NCBI GenBank assembly: GCA_010093745.1
Contig: MU006002.1
Coordinates: 1 to 64,000 of the forward strand
Origin: Piedraia hortae CBS 480.64
Lineage: Eukaryota
DNA: 64,000 nucleotides
Reading direction: 5' to 3'
The stretch's first letter is position 1; every line of letters begins with the position of its first letter. Below are positions 47,001-58,899 of this stretch, one piece after another. The notes under the pieces are model-generated. The model saw only the letters and a program-made list of their open reading frames with translations. It made no database searches and was not told the DNA's origin. A program made the position numbers and the translations under genes.

Positions 47001-47336
47001 CATCGGAGGCGTTCGAGGGCGAGGAAGGGCGAACAAGGGTGGGACGATGCAGCTTTCATGGTCATTTTCAGTCGTGGGCTCAAGAATATACGCCGTTCCG
47101 TGTTCGCTAAAGTCTGGGATGCCCAGGCGGTGGTCTGGGATGGCCAGGTCCAGTAACAGTCCAGTCGAGAAGCCCTTCCTGGATGCCGTTTCGCCGCTTT
47201 CAGCTCCAGCTATTGATCTACCCATTCTATCCTCTACCAGGCTGCCGTTCATAGATGCGCCTGCGATCCGTTCCGGGGATATGCTCTCTGCGGTTGGGCC
47301 CTTCCACCCAGCGGTACTTCCTTGGCGAACGTCCAT
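44070..47336 (-). CDS. Ras guanine-nucleotide exchange factor, LTE1-like
   Basis: REM domain (DYELLSDFFLAFR, VRVRTFVAIRHWILN) and CDC25 domain (LADQLAIIEK, RFNLVVKWV, CIPFLGLY). Confidence 0.88.
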   Translation of the reverse strand: MDVRQGSTAGWKGPTAESISPERIAGASMNGSLVEDRMGRSIAGAESGETASRKGFSTGLLLDLAIPDHRLGIPDFSEHGTAYILEPTTENDHESCIVPPLFALPRPRTPPMPDWPPAAGLWGSKPQAAGISSPPDSPSSSISFTLHHNAVPSFPVKKSVSLSQIKSNATSASIEIEPPPGSAPALSAAPASAPPPPPAITPDLYDEIEADPKNPALVRFDPRSGAILAATPAMLVAHITSPVSLDYELLSDFFLAFRGFMSRSELLDHLAARMEWAVTSSKDSGRVVRVRTFVAIRHWILNFFRCDFYPDRELRQRFCSLVNGLAGRLSKGEGGSGNLNILGELKKCWRKTCALYWPEQSNGSPEADIEPGGEPATSDASIPPPITGGGGDFRRPSTPFRLATGSRNDAASRARIPVSPLSEASVYVLSSSVPFLRHVRPSSSRIPGSCNQRVSNLSDAVRADSSTTDPAEDDPLGALDAVCFRGGLVRGLLLQPSPIMPRPASSGTQSQCRNQSPSRDQKPTAKRMVGDARRMLGSRHGRPVSPKDQSATLSADAQRYAQRLTTRPDTPGKRPRTPPRADVLGAYVVHLYRNAFHEMDLPSPTDRRQRGQRKEEDIEPPQRLNSHVTTGSRSILIMDDTGNVPKPVRSSSVDRARSGSSRDVPAVRKRASSCQPSSDMAHPKAPEPMNSFNHWAHTSKPELRSSFKAEVVKLAQLPEGKKTEGVEDALLRLEGRPCNGSVLSAQDSARPFTPAIRSISRQVSSNPKSSFLLNENESLSDLSPPQVVNPKLSQTFFDDSVEDEATPKASPHPRTPESIASRREKGTLQARMVRHRPFILNFDAEVLADQLAIIEKDALDEIDWKELIECRWRPTALPIHNWVEFLKRGDCSGVDLVVSRFNLVVKWVTSECILTENLEERASTITHFIRIASACWTRRNYASTYQLTLGLLSSELSHLEKTWSLVPAAEKSTLAKLETLCLPQRNFKNLRAEMESSGREGGCIPFLGLYTHDLTFNAQQPIRVGDDGCLVNFGRQHRAASIVKSMLNLIEASSRYAHFELQPEALSRCLWIATLEGKELRRRGDGLC

Positions 47337-48218
47337 CGTCTCTCCGTAAAGCTGTGCGAAGGGCGCAGACTACTGAATCGCGCAGGGCCAACCGGAGACT
47401 TCATCCATGCCGTTGTTGACGGGGCAGGGCAGGTCAAAGAGGTTTGGCGTCGGGCAGAGTTTCGGGACGCGAAGGTGACGGGTGCGGAGATTCTCGATCA
47501 GGTCTAGCGCGGCGCGGGGGTCCGGGGATCGCACATCGAGTCAGTTTGCTACACAAAACCCACGTGGCCCATGCAACCTGTCAATGTCATGCTTGGTGAC
47601 ACAAGCCCCGTTTGCAGCTCAAGACTGCCGGCTGAAATGTGGCGTCAGAGTTGGCTGCTCCAGTCAGGCATTGTCTGCCCCAGATCGTCTAATCTATTTC
47701 CCGCGATGATCTGTCAATAACAACCCGGTGATTCCGCTCAATCACCAACCATCATCCTGTTTGCCCAATCATCAAACCGGGCTCCCGTGAGCCCTTTCCG
47801 TTTGCATGGCCTGAAAGTGACCGTCCATCTTGTCCCGCAATTTCCCCGCCTCCTTCGGCAGTTCCAGCGTTGAGCCGTTTTGAGAACGCTCTGGCATTAG
47901 CGTGCCGAGCGTCGGGCATATGACCCGCACCGCCGACCTTGCCACGAATAGATGTGAAAGCTGGTTGTTATTGAACACGTTCAACTGAGTGCACGAGCAT
48001 ATTCTTAACAGTGGAACCACAGCAAAATCAGTCAAAAGCTCTCTACTGACACGTGAAGTCGTGTGCGTTCACTCTTGAGCTCTGGTTTGGCAGCTGCTGT
48101 TAGAAATGCTCACATGTCAAGTTCAATCTACACTTTCCAGTGATAATGATGACTGGGCGCCATGCACGCCGGATACTTTCCATACACATCAGAAGAGATG
48201 CCATTCAATCACAAGCTC

Positions 48219-48671
48219 TCACTTGGTCGGCTCTTCCCAAAACTCAACATCTCCATCTGGCCCAATTCGTGCCTTTCGCAGTATTTCCCCTTTTTCCTTC
48301 ATGATCTCCTCCAGCGTCGTCCCCTTTTCGGAGAATATTTTCAGGTGGTCGGTAATGACATGCCTATTTTTACATCCTGGACAGGTCACCAGTACCGATC
48401 CGTGATGGTAGGCTTGCTTGGTGATGCGATGCTTGGACCGTTCCGAGCAGCGGCGGCAGGTGAAGCTGAGATCGTATGATGGCGTGTCGGCTTTGTCGAG
48501 TGCCTCTTGGCTCGACTGGGGGACGCTCTGAGGGCTGTCTGTAAGCGGCCGTCGTGAAGATTCGAGCCGAAACTGGCTTCGCCACGGCTGCTGCCGGATA
48601 AATGGAGCGACTCCGAATGCTGTAGGACGAACACGTCGCGCTGCGAGCCGTAACGGGCGCAATCGGTGCAT
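48219..48671 (-). CDS. TIM15: Mitochondrial DNL zinc-finger chaperone Tim15/Zim17
   Basis: Arg-rich presequence, then FTCRRC..RSKHRITKQAYHHGSVLVTCPGCKNRHVITDHL. Confidence 0.92.
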   Translation of the reverse strand: MHRLRPLRLAARRVRPTAFGVAPFIRQQPWRSQFRLESSRRPLTDSPQSVPQSSQEALDKADTPSYDLSFTCRRCSERSKHRITKQAYHHGSVLVTCPGCKNRHVITDHLKIFSEKGTTLEEIMKEKGEILRKARIGPDGDVEFWEEPTK

Positions 48672-48851
48672 TTGGCGGGTGCTGGATAAAGAAAGGAATG
48701 TGCGCAAGCGCAAATTTCCTAAAACGGAAATGCCACGTTCAGCACTAACCGCATGCGTATAATCAACGTCACTTCTTTACCCTCCGACCATCACATGTTC
48801 ACGAAAAGCTACAAATAAAACAGTACAATCATTCTCGGGGTAATTAGGCCC

Positions 48852-51358
48852 ATGTCTGCCTTACACCGTGGAAAAACCAAGTTTCGTCCGCCGAAACGGA
48901 GCCCCAACATCTCAAACTTCGATTTTGAGGCCAGTTGGCGCATTCTGGAACAGGCTTTTCGGGAAATCCATACCAAGAATGCCTCCGACTTATCATTCGA
49001 GGAGCTGTATCGGGTGGCCTACAATGCGGTATTGGCAAAGTTGGGCGCACGGCTATACGACCGTGTTGTGGATTTTGAGGCTGCATGGTTGAGAGAACAT
49101 GTTAGAGGCCAGATAGCTGCCAAGCTCACGCCTCCCCTGATGGTCGATGGCCACCAAGGACGACCCATGATCACTGACGGCGAACGATTACATGCTGGAG
49201 CCAGCTTTCTCAAAGCCTTGAAACAGGCGTGGGAGGACAACTACACTTGCGCGACCATGATGAGCGATGTTCTCATGTACTTAGACAGGGCCTACTGTCC
49301 AGCTGACCGCCGTGCGTCTCCCTTTTTCCGATCCATGTGTCTTTTCCGCGACCAAATCCTCCATTCACCCGCCCGTCCCGACTTCCCCACCATCCTGGAC
49401 ATTCTTATCCGCGTTGTTCTAGATCAGATCGAAATGGACCGCAGTGGCCAACCTATGGATCAGTATCTGGTCAGGTCGAACATTCTTATGCTTGAAGCCC
49501 TGTATGAATCCGACGACAAGAAGGACGACGAGCGTCTGTACACCAAGCACCTGGAACCCGCATTCTTGCGCGAGACTTCGGCATTTTACCGCGCAGAGGG
49601 CGAGAGGTTACTGCAAGAGTGCGATGCTGGCAGCTACTGCCGCAAGGTCCACGACCGCATTCGCCAGGAAATTGTTCGGTGCCAAACAACCCTCTCTCCC
49701 ACCTCGACAGGGAGTATACAGCGGGTTGTGGAAGAAGAGATGATTAGACATCAGATCAAAGGCGTCATACAAATGGATACGGGCGCCGCAGCCATGGTGG
49801 AGGAACAGCGGCACGATGAACTCCGCCTGCTATTTGAGTTGGAAGCACGCGTGGACAAGGCACGTCCAGAGCTCACTAAAGCCATGTGGAAGTGCATTGC
49901 AGAACGCGGAGCGGCAATCCAGGCAAATGTCACGGCTGTAGCTCAAGCACCCCCCACAACCACCGAGGATCGGGAATCGGGCAAGGCCAAAGCTACGGCA
50001 GCCCGTGCATCAAATCAGCAAGCCTTGGCGGCTCTTGCATGGGTGGACGAGATGCTCAAGCTTAAAGACCGGTTCGATGCGATCTGCCAAATATCCTTTG
50101 CTTCAGACCAAGGCATGACTGGCTCCGTCAACCGCAGCATAGCAGACGCAATCAACGACTTTCCCCGCGCAGCCGAATACATCTCGTTATTCATCGACGA
50201 CAACATGAAGAAGGGCATCAAGGACAAGACGGAGAGCGAGGTGGATGAGACGCTTGAAAAGGCTATCATATTACTGCGATACCTGAATGACAAGGACGTC
50301 TTTGAGACGTACTACAAGCGGAACCTTTGCAAGCGATTACTGCTAAAGAAGAGCATCAGCATCGAGGTAGAGAAGCAGATGATTAGCCGCATCAAGCTGG
50401 AACTGGGCCACAGCTTCACGCTCAAGATGGAGACCATGTTCAAAGATCTAGCCCTGAGCGAAGAATTGACAAACAGTCACAAAGCTTGGCTAGTGGCCAA
50501 TAACAAGGACCACCGCAAGCGGCCTGACCTTAGCGTCAAGGTCCTAACTTCAATGACGTGGCCGTTGGAGGCATTCCGCACCACCGACAGCGAGGGCAAT
50601 CAACGACCCACTCTAATATTTCCACCAGCAGTAGAGCAACTCCGCACAGATTTCACAAGCTTCTACGATAGCCGGCACTCGGGCCGTAAGCTGACATGGA
50701 TCGGGATCATGGGGGATGCGGATATACGGGCTCACTTTCCAAAGTCCCGCCATCCTGTGCACGAGATCAACTGCTCGACACATTCGATGCTAATCCTGCT
50801 GCTTTTCAACAAGATTCCTCAGGGTGAATGGTTGACCTTTGAAGATATCCAAGCCCGGACCAACATTCCCGCAAATGACCTCATGCGAAACCTGCAGTCT
50901 CTCGCCGTGGCTCCCAAAACCAGATTTTTGGTCAAAGAGCCAATGAGCAGAGAGGTGCGGCCGGGAGACCAGTTCAAATACAACGAGAACTTTACGTCGA
51001 AGCTCATGCGAATAAAAGTCGGGGTTGTGAGCGCGGGTAACAAAGTTGAATCGGATAAAGAGAGGCAGGAGACGGAGAGGAAGAATAACGATAGCAGAGC
51101 CTTTGCGATTGAGGCTGCTATCGTACGTATTATGAAGTAAGTTTTTTTCTTCTTCTTCTTTTTTAGTGGACTTCAATGGCTAACGGAAACAGGCAACGGA
51201 AAGAATGCTCGCACACGCAGCTGATCACAGAGATCATTGGACAATTGACGAGACAGTTCAAGCCCGACCCCCCAATGATCAAGAAACGCATAGAAGGCTT
51301 GATTGAGCGCGAGTATCTGGAACGGATGGATGGGTCATATTATAAATATCTAGCTTAG
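48852..51358 (+). CDS. CUL3: Cullin-3, one intron near the 3' end
   Basis: LSFEELYR, DVLMYLDR, EYISLFIDD, DKDVFETYYK, IEAAIVRIMK|QRK, IKKRIEGLIEREYLER. Confidence 0.93.
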
Positions 51359-52582
51359 ACCTGCTGTTCTGCTAGGGGTAGGAATTTTCTCCCACGGGTA
51401 TTGAGCTGCGGGGAAAGTGAAGGATTCGCATCCTTCAGCTGCCCCGCACCTTTCGCTCCAAGCGAAATTGTCGCCGATAAGGCTCAATCCTTCTACCGCA
51501 AAGCCCCGAACTCTATGCCTGTGGGTACTGCTTGCATGGGTAAATGGTTGTAGTGAACGGGCACTCTACACCTTGCAAAAGCCAGATGCAGGGGGCACGT
51601 TAACTACTCAGTACGAGGTAACACGGCAGCGCGTACACTTGAAATGCCTCAGCTTGAGACCGTTTAATACGATTGGGAACCTCGCAGCGTACGAAACAGA
51701 GGAAGTACCGATCAGATGGAGGAAGGTGGTTTAGATGCGCACAGTCGGATGCAAGTGTATAGTCATCCGACATGAAACGAAGGGTCATACTGTATAATAC
51801 ATGTTTGGCCTATGGCTCACTGGCAACAGCAACAGGATGTATTCGCCATGACGCATGCGACATGACACTGGGGCAATACTCGATGAGGGCAAAACCTAGG
51901 GTGCCGCTGTTGGTGATGAAAGTGGTCGCTAATGTGCTGCGCACGTGAAGCAGATGTGTACTGTGACATCTAGCTTCTGCGACTGTGCATGAGAAACAAT
52001 CGTTCTTAGCAAAACTTCTGCGTCTTTCGCTCAGCGAACAGCTTAGCGGCAGTTTATTGAGGCTCGCGGAAAAGCGGGGAATCGTTGTCCAGACCCTTTT
52101 ATTTTGCCACGATCTGCAAATAGCCTGTAGAGATCTTGAGGCAAGCCAGCAAGCTAAAGTGAATACGGAATACGGTAATGTCCTGTATCACGCCAGCGTG
52201 TTGGCCAATCAGAGTAGGTTCCGACCGCAAACGCAGGTACAAACATAGACGCCAGGTACGCCAGGTACGCCAGGCACAAGGATGCCCAGTTATGTCATCT
52301 CGCCAAGACATCCCGCTCAGGACTAGCCCTTACCTAGAAGAGTATGGTGGGCCCTGTCTCATCAAACAAAGGCAACCAATCAGGTGGCGGGCGCGTGTAG
52401 GATGCATGGGCGGCGTGTCACAGGCAAAGTTAGCACATGGCCCACTCCCTGATACATTAAGTCTGCCACCCTTTTCCTCTCCCTCCGCACTCTCATTTTG
52501 GGCATTCGCTCGTTACGCTCTCTCTCCAAAACACTCTTTTTTCCTGTGCCCCGGTCGGCTTTGCACCTATTTCTAAGTAGAA

Positions 52583-54001
52583 ATGGCCGCGCGACTTTTT
52601 CTTTTGACCCTTTGCGCCGGCGCCCTGGCCGCCCGTCACGGCGGTCACCGCCATCACCACGAGCGCGTCGCGGTTGCCTATGGAACGGGGAATGCGACAG
52701 GCCCTTTCAACTCGACAGGCACTGGTAGCGTCTCGTCCAAGTCGCATCCGACAACGGTGTTGACTGAGACTGACTATCACGGCAATACCGCCCCGGCTCC
52801 ACCGCCGTCGTCGCATGCGACGTCGGCAGTGTCTGCTCCGGCCCCGTATGCTCCGGCGGGGTCTTCGGCGGGCGGCGAAAGCCACACCGTGTGCACGACC
52901 GACGTTACGGTCACAACTACGGAGAAGGTGACGGTCACTGTGACGCGCAGCAAGGGGCCGTCGTCTAGTAAGCACCACTCGACGTCGACCAGCACTATCC
53001 ACACAACGACGACGGTGACCGTCACCGACTCGTCGAGTGCTTCAGCTGTCTCCTCTGGCTCCTCTCCCAGCAGCGCCAGCATTAGCAGCTACTCCTTGAG
53101 CTCGGCTCCGGTCTCGTCCTCAGAGTCCAGTGCCCCGGCCACATCGTCTTCAAAGGCCAGCGTGTCTCCCGCCAGCAGTTATGGTGCGAGCTCCTCTATG
53201 AGCAGCTCAGCCGTTCCGACAGATTACCATGGCGCTGATAGAGGCCACTACACTGCCGTGCCCAGCCAGGCAACCGCAACATCTAGTGTTGCCAAGAGTG
53301 GAAAGCGCGGCGTGGCCTACAACGACGTTAAGCTAGTTGACATCTTGAGCTCCTCGCCGCACGTGTCGTGGGCGTACAACTGGGCCAGCTCCTGCGCCGG
53401 GCTCAGCAAAAACCTCAACTTCATCCCGACGTTGTGGGGCACCGCCGAGGAATTCGTCAGCGTGTGGAAGGAGAATGCGCAGTCTGCCATCGACAACGGC
53501 TCAAAGTACCTCTTCTCCTTCAACGAGCCTGACAACTCTGCGCAAGCCAACATGTCTCCCGGCGAGGCCGCCGCTGCCTATAAACAATACATGATGCCCT
53601 TTGCCGGCAAAGGCGTGAAACTCTGCGCCCCCTCCATCACCAACGCTGGCGGCAACATGGGCCTCAACTGGCTCACATCATTCATTGAAGCCTGCGACGG
53701 CTGTCAAATCGACTGTCTCAACCTCCACTGGTACGACAGCCACGACAAAACAGACTACTTCAAGTCCCACATCCAAAACGCCACGGATATTGCAGGTGGC
53801 AAACCCGTCTGGGTCACGGAATTCGGATGCACCGATGGCACTCCCGCGGACATTTCGTCTTTCCTCCAAGACGTTATGCCCTGGATGGACAAGGAAGACA
53901 AGGTCGAGGGTTATGCCTATTTCATGGCGTCTGAGGGTCTGCTGGTTTCGGGCTCCGGACCATCGGAGTTTGGCAATACCTACGTATCTTTTAGCGAGTA
54001 G
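52583..54001 (+). CDS. Secreted GH128 (Asl1-like) beta-1,3-glucanase with a Ser/Thr-rich stalk
   Basis: Signal peptide; KRGVAYN, WAYNW, FIPTLWG, FNEPD, WVTEFG. Confidence 0.9.
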   Translation: MAARLFLLTLCAGALAARHGGHRHHHERVAVAYGTGNATGPFNSTGTGSVSSKSHPTTVLTETDYHGNTAPAPPPSSHATSAVSAPAPYAPAGSSAGGESHTVCTTDVTVTTTEKVTVTVTRSKGPSSSKHHSTSTSTIHTTTTVTVTDSSSASAVSSGSSPSSASISSYSLSSAPVSSSESSAPATSSSKASVSPASSYGASSSMSSSAVPTDYHGADRGHYTAVPSQATATSSVAKSGKRGVAYNDVKLVDILSSSPHVSWAYNWASSCAGLSKNLNFIPTLWGTAEEFVSVWKENAQSAIDNGSKYLFSFNEPDNSAQANMSPGEAAAAYKQYMMPFAGKGVKLCAPSITNAGGNMGLNWLTSFIEACDGCQIDCLNLHWYDSHDKTDYFKSHIQNATDIAGGKPVWVTEFGCTDGTPADISSFLQDVMPWMDKEDKVEGYAYFMASEGLLVSGSGPSEFGNTYVSFSE

Positions 54002-54690
54002 TTTTCTTGTGTTTTAACGAGTATGGTTTGCCGACTGGCTTTATTGTGTGGGTGTTTCTTGTATAAAGGTTTTGGTGTCTTTTGGTTTAGGTGATAATGC
54101 CTTTTTTTTTATGTGTGTGGTGCGTGAGGCGTACGCCGTTGGGTTTCAGCTTGTGATGATGGTTATAATCTCCACACGGGAAAAGGAAAAAAAGGATGAG
54201 AAATCCGCCGAGGCTGTGAGCCTTCGGGCTAGATTTGTGGTTTTTTAAGAAAGAATTTCATAGACTTTACGTACTGCTGGCTAAGAACTGTGATGATATT
54301 GCGATGTGATTGTGCTAGGTGGTCGATGTTGGGAGTGATTCGGAGGATGTCGGGGGAGATACACAGATGTCATTGCACATGAATCCGGCAGATGTGGATG
54401 CATGATTTAGAGCAGGGGTAATGCTCGGCGGTTAGGTGCAGCTGAGAAGAGCGCACTTACGTGTGAGCTAGCTTTGCGGAAGATTTCTCACCTTGCAAAT
54501 ATCAACAAGCATTCCCGAGACTTACCCTGATGTAACCTTGGATCAGACCCCAAAAGTAAGCCTTATGCCCACACAAAAATCACCACCGCTCAGGGGCTAC
54601 ACCTCGAAGTAAAATTGATCTGTTGCGACTGTATAATCCCACCAAGATTTGCAAAGTCATTTGTATTGCAAAAGCTTTGATAAATAGCGA

Positions 54691-54901
54691 AGGTTTGCAG
54701 CGGGCCTCAATTTGGTTTTCAGTTTAGTTTCGTTTTCGTTTTTATTGCTTTAGGTCTTGGAATGGAACTGCAATCTCATATTGTAGAAATGAGACACTGC
54801 TACAAAGATCCCGGATTTTGTAGGATAGTTCGTATAAATGAAATCGAAACTTGAATTAAAACTAAAATGACAAAGTGAAATCGAAATTCGCTGCAATATC
54901 T
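54691..54901. repeat. Possible degenerate MITE
   Basis: TTGCAGCG at the left end and CGCTGCAA at the right, with roughly inverted TTTCG/CGAAA-rich arms. Confidence 0.35.
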
Positions 54902-55637
54902 CTCTGACAGAGGTATTGTTCAGATCACTCTCGACAAGACTATTAAGCTAGAGGTTTGGCCTGCAGCCCAAGGAAGGTGTAATATTGGCCAGAAGGAAAA
55001 TTTTAGGCTTAATTCCATGTGGGGTGCATCAAACTCACCGTACGCTCAAATTCAAATTTGTTGAGCCTGTTTTATATGTCACTGGTAACACCGTCACACG
55101 CTCAGGTGATTCACTGTGCGGGCACAAAAATAGTGTAGGTTCTCAATTTAGAGATAAACTGCAAAGGCAAGTGGAAATCTTGTGGCGGCCCTCCTAAAAA
55201 TTCATAATAAACTGTCGAAATGTGGATTGTCTTCTTGTTGGGGCGTATGGCCGTTCGAGACCGCAAAGGCAGAAATAGCAGGAATTGTCTCTCTTTACCC
55301 ACTATCCTGAATTATGCATTTACAGGTTGACTCTATCAATTTGGCAAGAGTCAACTTGCCTCTTTGGGGGTCACGAATCAATTGCTTTCAGATATAACAA
55401 CTGTGTATCCATGCAAGAGTTGCTGTGATTAACAGATCTCACATTGCACCAAATAAATGAGGAAGGAAAGCAAAAACATCGCTTGGTCTATCTGAATCAT
55501 TCACAAGGCTTGAACACTTCTAAACAAGTGACAGAGGTCGTACCCAAATAACGACTGGACACCATGCTAAAGGATCTTAACCCTAACCCTATTGCCACTT
55601 TCCTAATCCCAATGTACCCAATTTATCCTAATCCGTC

Positions 55638-56285
55638 TGGGGATCAACCTGCATACTCCTCGCAGCCGGAAGGCCGAACACGGACTCAGACGCCATGTTC
55701 TCAGCCGTCTGATCGCGGCAAGATCCGGCCACGGCGATTTTAAAGCCTATCATGAGCGCCTCAAGCACCATGATGCTATCGACACCTGCAACTGCGGGCG
55801 TGACAAAACGCCCATCCGCTTCTCCTTTTGCGACTTGGCTCGATGGCGGTGGAAGGATCGTTGGACGAGGAGAGGGGAAACTAGCCTGCGGGAGACCGTA
55901 GACTGGGTCCTCACCACACCATCCGGCGCCCGGACTTTCGGCGAACTTGTGCAGAACATGTCCTTCTTCAAGGACATCTGCCCGTCTTACTGGCGGGCTA
56001 CAAGGTGGGCGGTACGGAGGCCTCATCCCGGCCCCGCTGTTGATGTGTCGGGGAAGGGGTTTGGCGAGCCCTTCCCCTCGAGGCTACATCTAATGCGATC
56101 AGGACAGTCAGGCCAACCGGGTAAGCGTTAGTCCGACATCGGGCCCGCTGGCGCATTGCACCTTCGTTAATAATTCTGTTCCCCACTAGGGGGAACACGT
56201 CTAGTTGCCCCTCGGGAGGCCGCAGATTCCCCGCCCGGGGTTCTGCCGGGACGTTAAAAAAAAATAATAATCAATCAACCAATCA
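55638..56285 (+). mobile_element. 5'-truncated Tad1-like LINE with target-site duplication
   Basis: LIAARSGHGDFKAYHERLKH...CNCG.DKTP...FFKDICP (ORF2 C-terminus); A-rich/CAAT tail; flanks ATCCTAATCCGTC (55625-55637) and ATCCTATTCCGTC (56286-56298). Confidence 0.88.
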
Positions 56286-56355
56286 ATCCTATTCCGTCGA
56301 AATTCTAATTCTGGCCCGACAGTCTCGCGCGCGCGCGCTGCGACTCGTTCGAGAT

Positions 56356-58359
56356 ATGGCTCCTAGCTCTCGGCCAGGACCAGGTCACCATGGTGATATA
56401 TTATCTGGCAAATCATTCTTCGTGTCACGTTTCGTTCCTTCCCGCAACGATCGCATAGCGAAAATCAAAGAGCTAGGCGGTAGAGTTGTCAAAGCAGAAG
56501 GTGTAGCAGATTATGTGATTGTGGATCCGTCGCGCCAAGATCTGTTATCCGACGGGATCGGTTACACATTCATTGATACCGTAGTCCGCGAAGGTGCGCT
56601 TCCAAATATCAGCGATTATGTTGTGTCGAAATCGGAGCGTGACGTAGGAAGTGCTTCGAATCCGGCCAAGAATACACGGACACCATTCACATTAAGTGAA
56701 GACGGGGCACTGTGGAAATTTGTTGAACGAAAGAAGCAGGGAGGTTGTGCGGTTGTGAATGGCCTGGAGATTTACAAGAAGTTCGCAATAGATCACCCGC
56801 AACACACCGCTCAATCGTGGCGGGAGCGATACAAGAAACATTTGATCGATAACCCTCCTCTACTCAAGACACGTGCTGAAAAGCGAAAGACGGCTAAAAA
56901 CGACCCTTACCGAGGCTGGGACAGGGAATTTGAACATCTGATGGCCCAGGCGTCGGATATTGTCAGAATAGATCTGTCAATGACAGACGAGGCTTGGGCC
57001 GCATGGGCTAAAGCAGAAAAGTCCACGCCGCACTCCAAAGAGGAATGGAAGAAATTCTGGGAGACCAAAGTTTATCCTGAATACATGAGGAGGAAGCGGG
57101 CGCGAGCCAGATCGAAGAGTAGACAATCTTCATCAAAAGCAGCCGGAGGTAGACTGGCATCATCGAACGCAAATCAGGCCAACTCTGGTACCGAGGATAT
57201 CACAGTGGCCAACGCTAGTGCTAAGGATATCGAAGTTGTCGAAATTTTAGACGATGCAAACGCGATGGACGTCGTCCTACCTGTCGGACCGAATGACAAG
57301 CCAGACAACACTCCTATCTCCGACAATCTAGCTATAGCGCCTTCTGAGGCTCCGAATGCTTTGGGAATATCAGTCAGGCCGAGAGGATCGCCAACCTTGA
57401 GCGACCCCGAACCTCTGAATTCCGACCAGGACACAACTGCTGCTGCTCCGGTTGACATGCCTGATTCACCGCTCTTTTGCTCGACATTAGACCCTAATGC
57501 TGCAGCGCCGCCATCCGAAGTATCAATGGGTAAGCCCCAATCGCCACTTTTCCTGCATACCGATCGGCACGAAGCTGCTACCAACCGTGCACCAAGTGCG
57601 CAAGCAATTTTATTCTTGTCACCCCTTGGCGAGGATATTCCTTACCCCGACGATTGGGAGAAATTCAACGAGGTCGATGTGACCATTCCTGACCCTGATG
57701 ACGGATTTGAATTGTCAGATGCGACTTCAACCCGCATTAGAACCCTCAGCCCAGCTGTGGACTCAGAGGACGAAGTCTGGGCGCCGAGTACGAGACGAAA
57801 GAGACGGAAGCTAGGGCGAAGCACTGCACCCGAGCCGTCAAGTGTGATCTCAATCGGAGTCACTCCCGACTTGACCACCCCAACTAGGACCAATGGTCTT
57901 CACAAGGCTGTTGACAAGCAAGATGACGTCGTCATGCTGGATGACACACCTACTCAAGATCGCCGCGGGTCGTCGCACTCTTTCATGCAATCCATCGATC
58001 TGCTGCCCGCATCAAGGCTTCAAAGCCAACCGCCGGATTTGGGGGTGGAAGAGACGTCGAACGAGGACATCGACGCCTTCATTCACAGGATGGCTACAGA
58101 TCACGAAATTGTAGACCAAGAGCTGATCCTCATGGCACTCAAGAGAACCTCAATCAGACTCGATCTAGCTACCATCGTCCTCCTTGAGATCAAAGCCGGC
58201 AGGGGCATGCCACTTACCATCGGTGGGATATGGACAGAAGACGAGGACGATGCTTTACTCAGTGGGAAATTCGCCAGGTACAGGCAATTAGCTGAGAAGC
58301 ATGGGGATGCGGAGTGCATTCGACGACAAGAATTTCTCAAATCTTATAATAGCGCATAG
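56356..58359 (+). CDS. RAP1: Telomeric protein Rap1 (BRCT, Myb and C-terminal RCT domains)
   Basis: N-terminal BRCT; RTPFTLSED...HPQHTAQSWRERYKK; C-terminal GIWTEDEDDAL...KHG....RRQEFL. Confidence 0.88.
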   Translation: MAPSSRPGPGHHGDILSGKSFFVSRFVPSRNDRIAKIKELGGRVVKAEGVADYVIVDPSRQDLLSDGIGYTFIDTVVREGALPNISDYVVSKSERDVGSASNPAKNTRTPFTLSEDGALWKFVERKKQGGCAVVNGLEIYKKFAIDHPQHTAQSWRERYKKHLIDNPPLLKTRAEKRKTAKNDPYRGWDREFEHLMAQASDIVRIDLSMTDEAWAAWAKAEKSTPHSKEEWKKFWETKVYPEYMRRKRARARSKSRQSSSKAAGGRLASSNANQANSGTEDITVANASAKDIEVVEILDDANAMDVVLPVGPNDKPDNTPISDNLAIAPSEAPNALGISVRPRGSPTLSDPEPLNSDQDTTAAAPVDMPDSPLFCSTLDPNAAAPPSEVSMGKPQSPLFLHTDRHEAATNRAPSAQAILFLSPLGEDIPYPDDWEKFNEVDVTIPDPDDGFELSDATSTRIRTLSPAVDSEDEVWAPSTRRKRRKLGRSTAPEPSSVISIGVTPDLTTPTRTNGLHKAVDKQDDVVMLDDTPTQDRRGSSHSFMQSIDLLPASRLQSQPPDLGVEETSNEDIDAFIHRMATDHEIVDQELILMALKRTSIRLDLATIVLLEIKAGRGMPLTIGGIWTEDEDDALLSGKFARYRQLAEKHGDAECIRRQEFLKSYNSA

Positions 58360-58899
58360 TGGGCTTGTTAATTTCAGTCGAAACAGCAAGGGGTGGAGCG
58401 TTCGCTTGCATAGTCGTTTGGCGGGATGGTGGGCGTTGTCTCTTTTCATCCGTATGACACGCCATGTAGCAAGAGCTAGATTAATCTAATCGATCTTGAC
58501 GCCAAGCAGCCCGATGGTCCCTGACAATATGCAACGAATTGTTGTGAGGTTTGATTGGTAAAGGCATGACTCGGGGTGCGGGAGGTCTGCTAGCGTGGGT
58601 TGACGTTCAGCACCCCGCACAGAGAAAATTTCGCTTTTGTCCCACACCAACCACCAGACTCTTAACTCCGACAATGCTTTGAGACCGAAGAGTGCGAACG
58701 CATGCGAGGGACACTGGTCCGTGCGCTCGTGCTAGCTAGGTCTGGTCACATGTACCCGAACACGCACTTCAGAATGAACGGGCTTGCGACTTGTCCCATG
58801 TGACGTTTTCTTCACTGAGGTAAAAGCACTGGGAAACCCTGACCTCCACCTCCGGTCCTCCGGCGATAAAACTACTACTGGAGGACCATACGCACGCAT

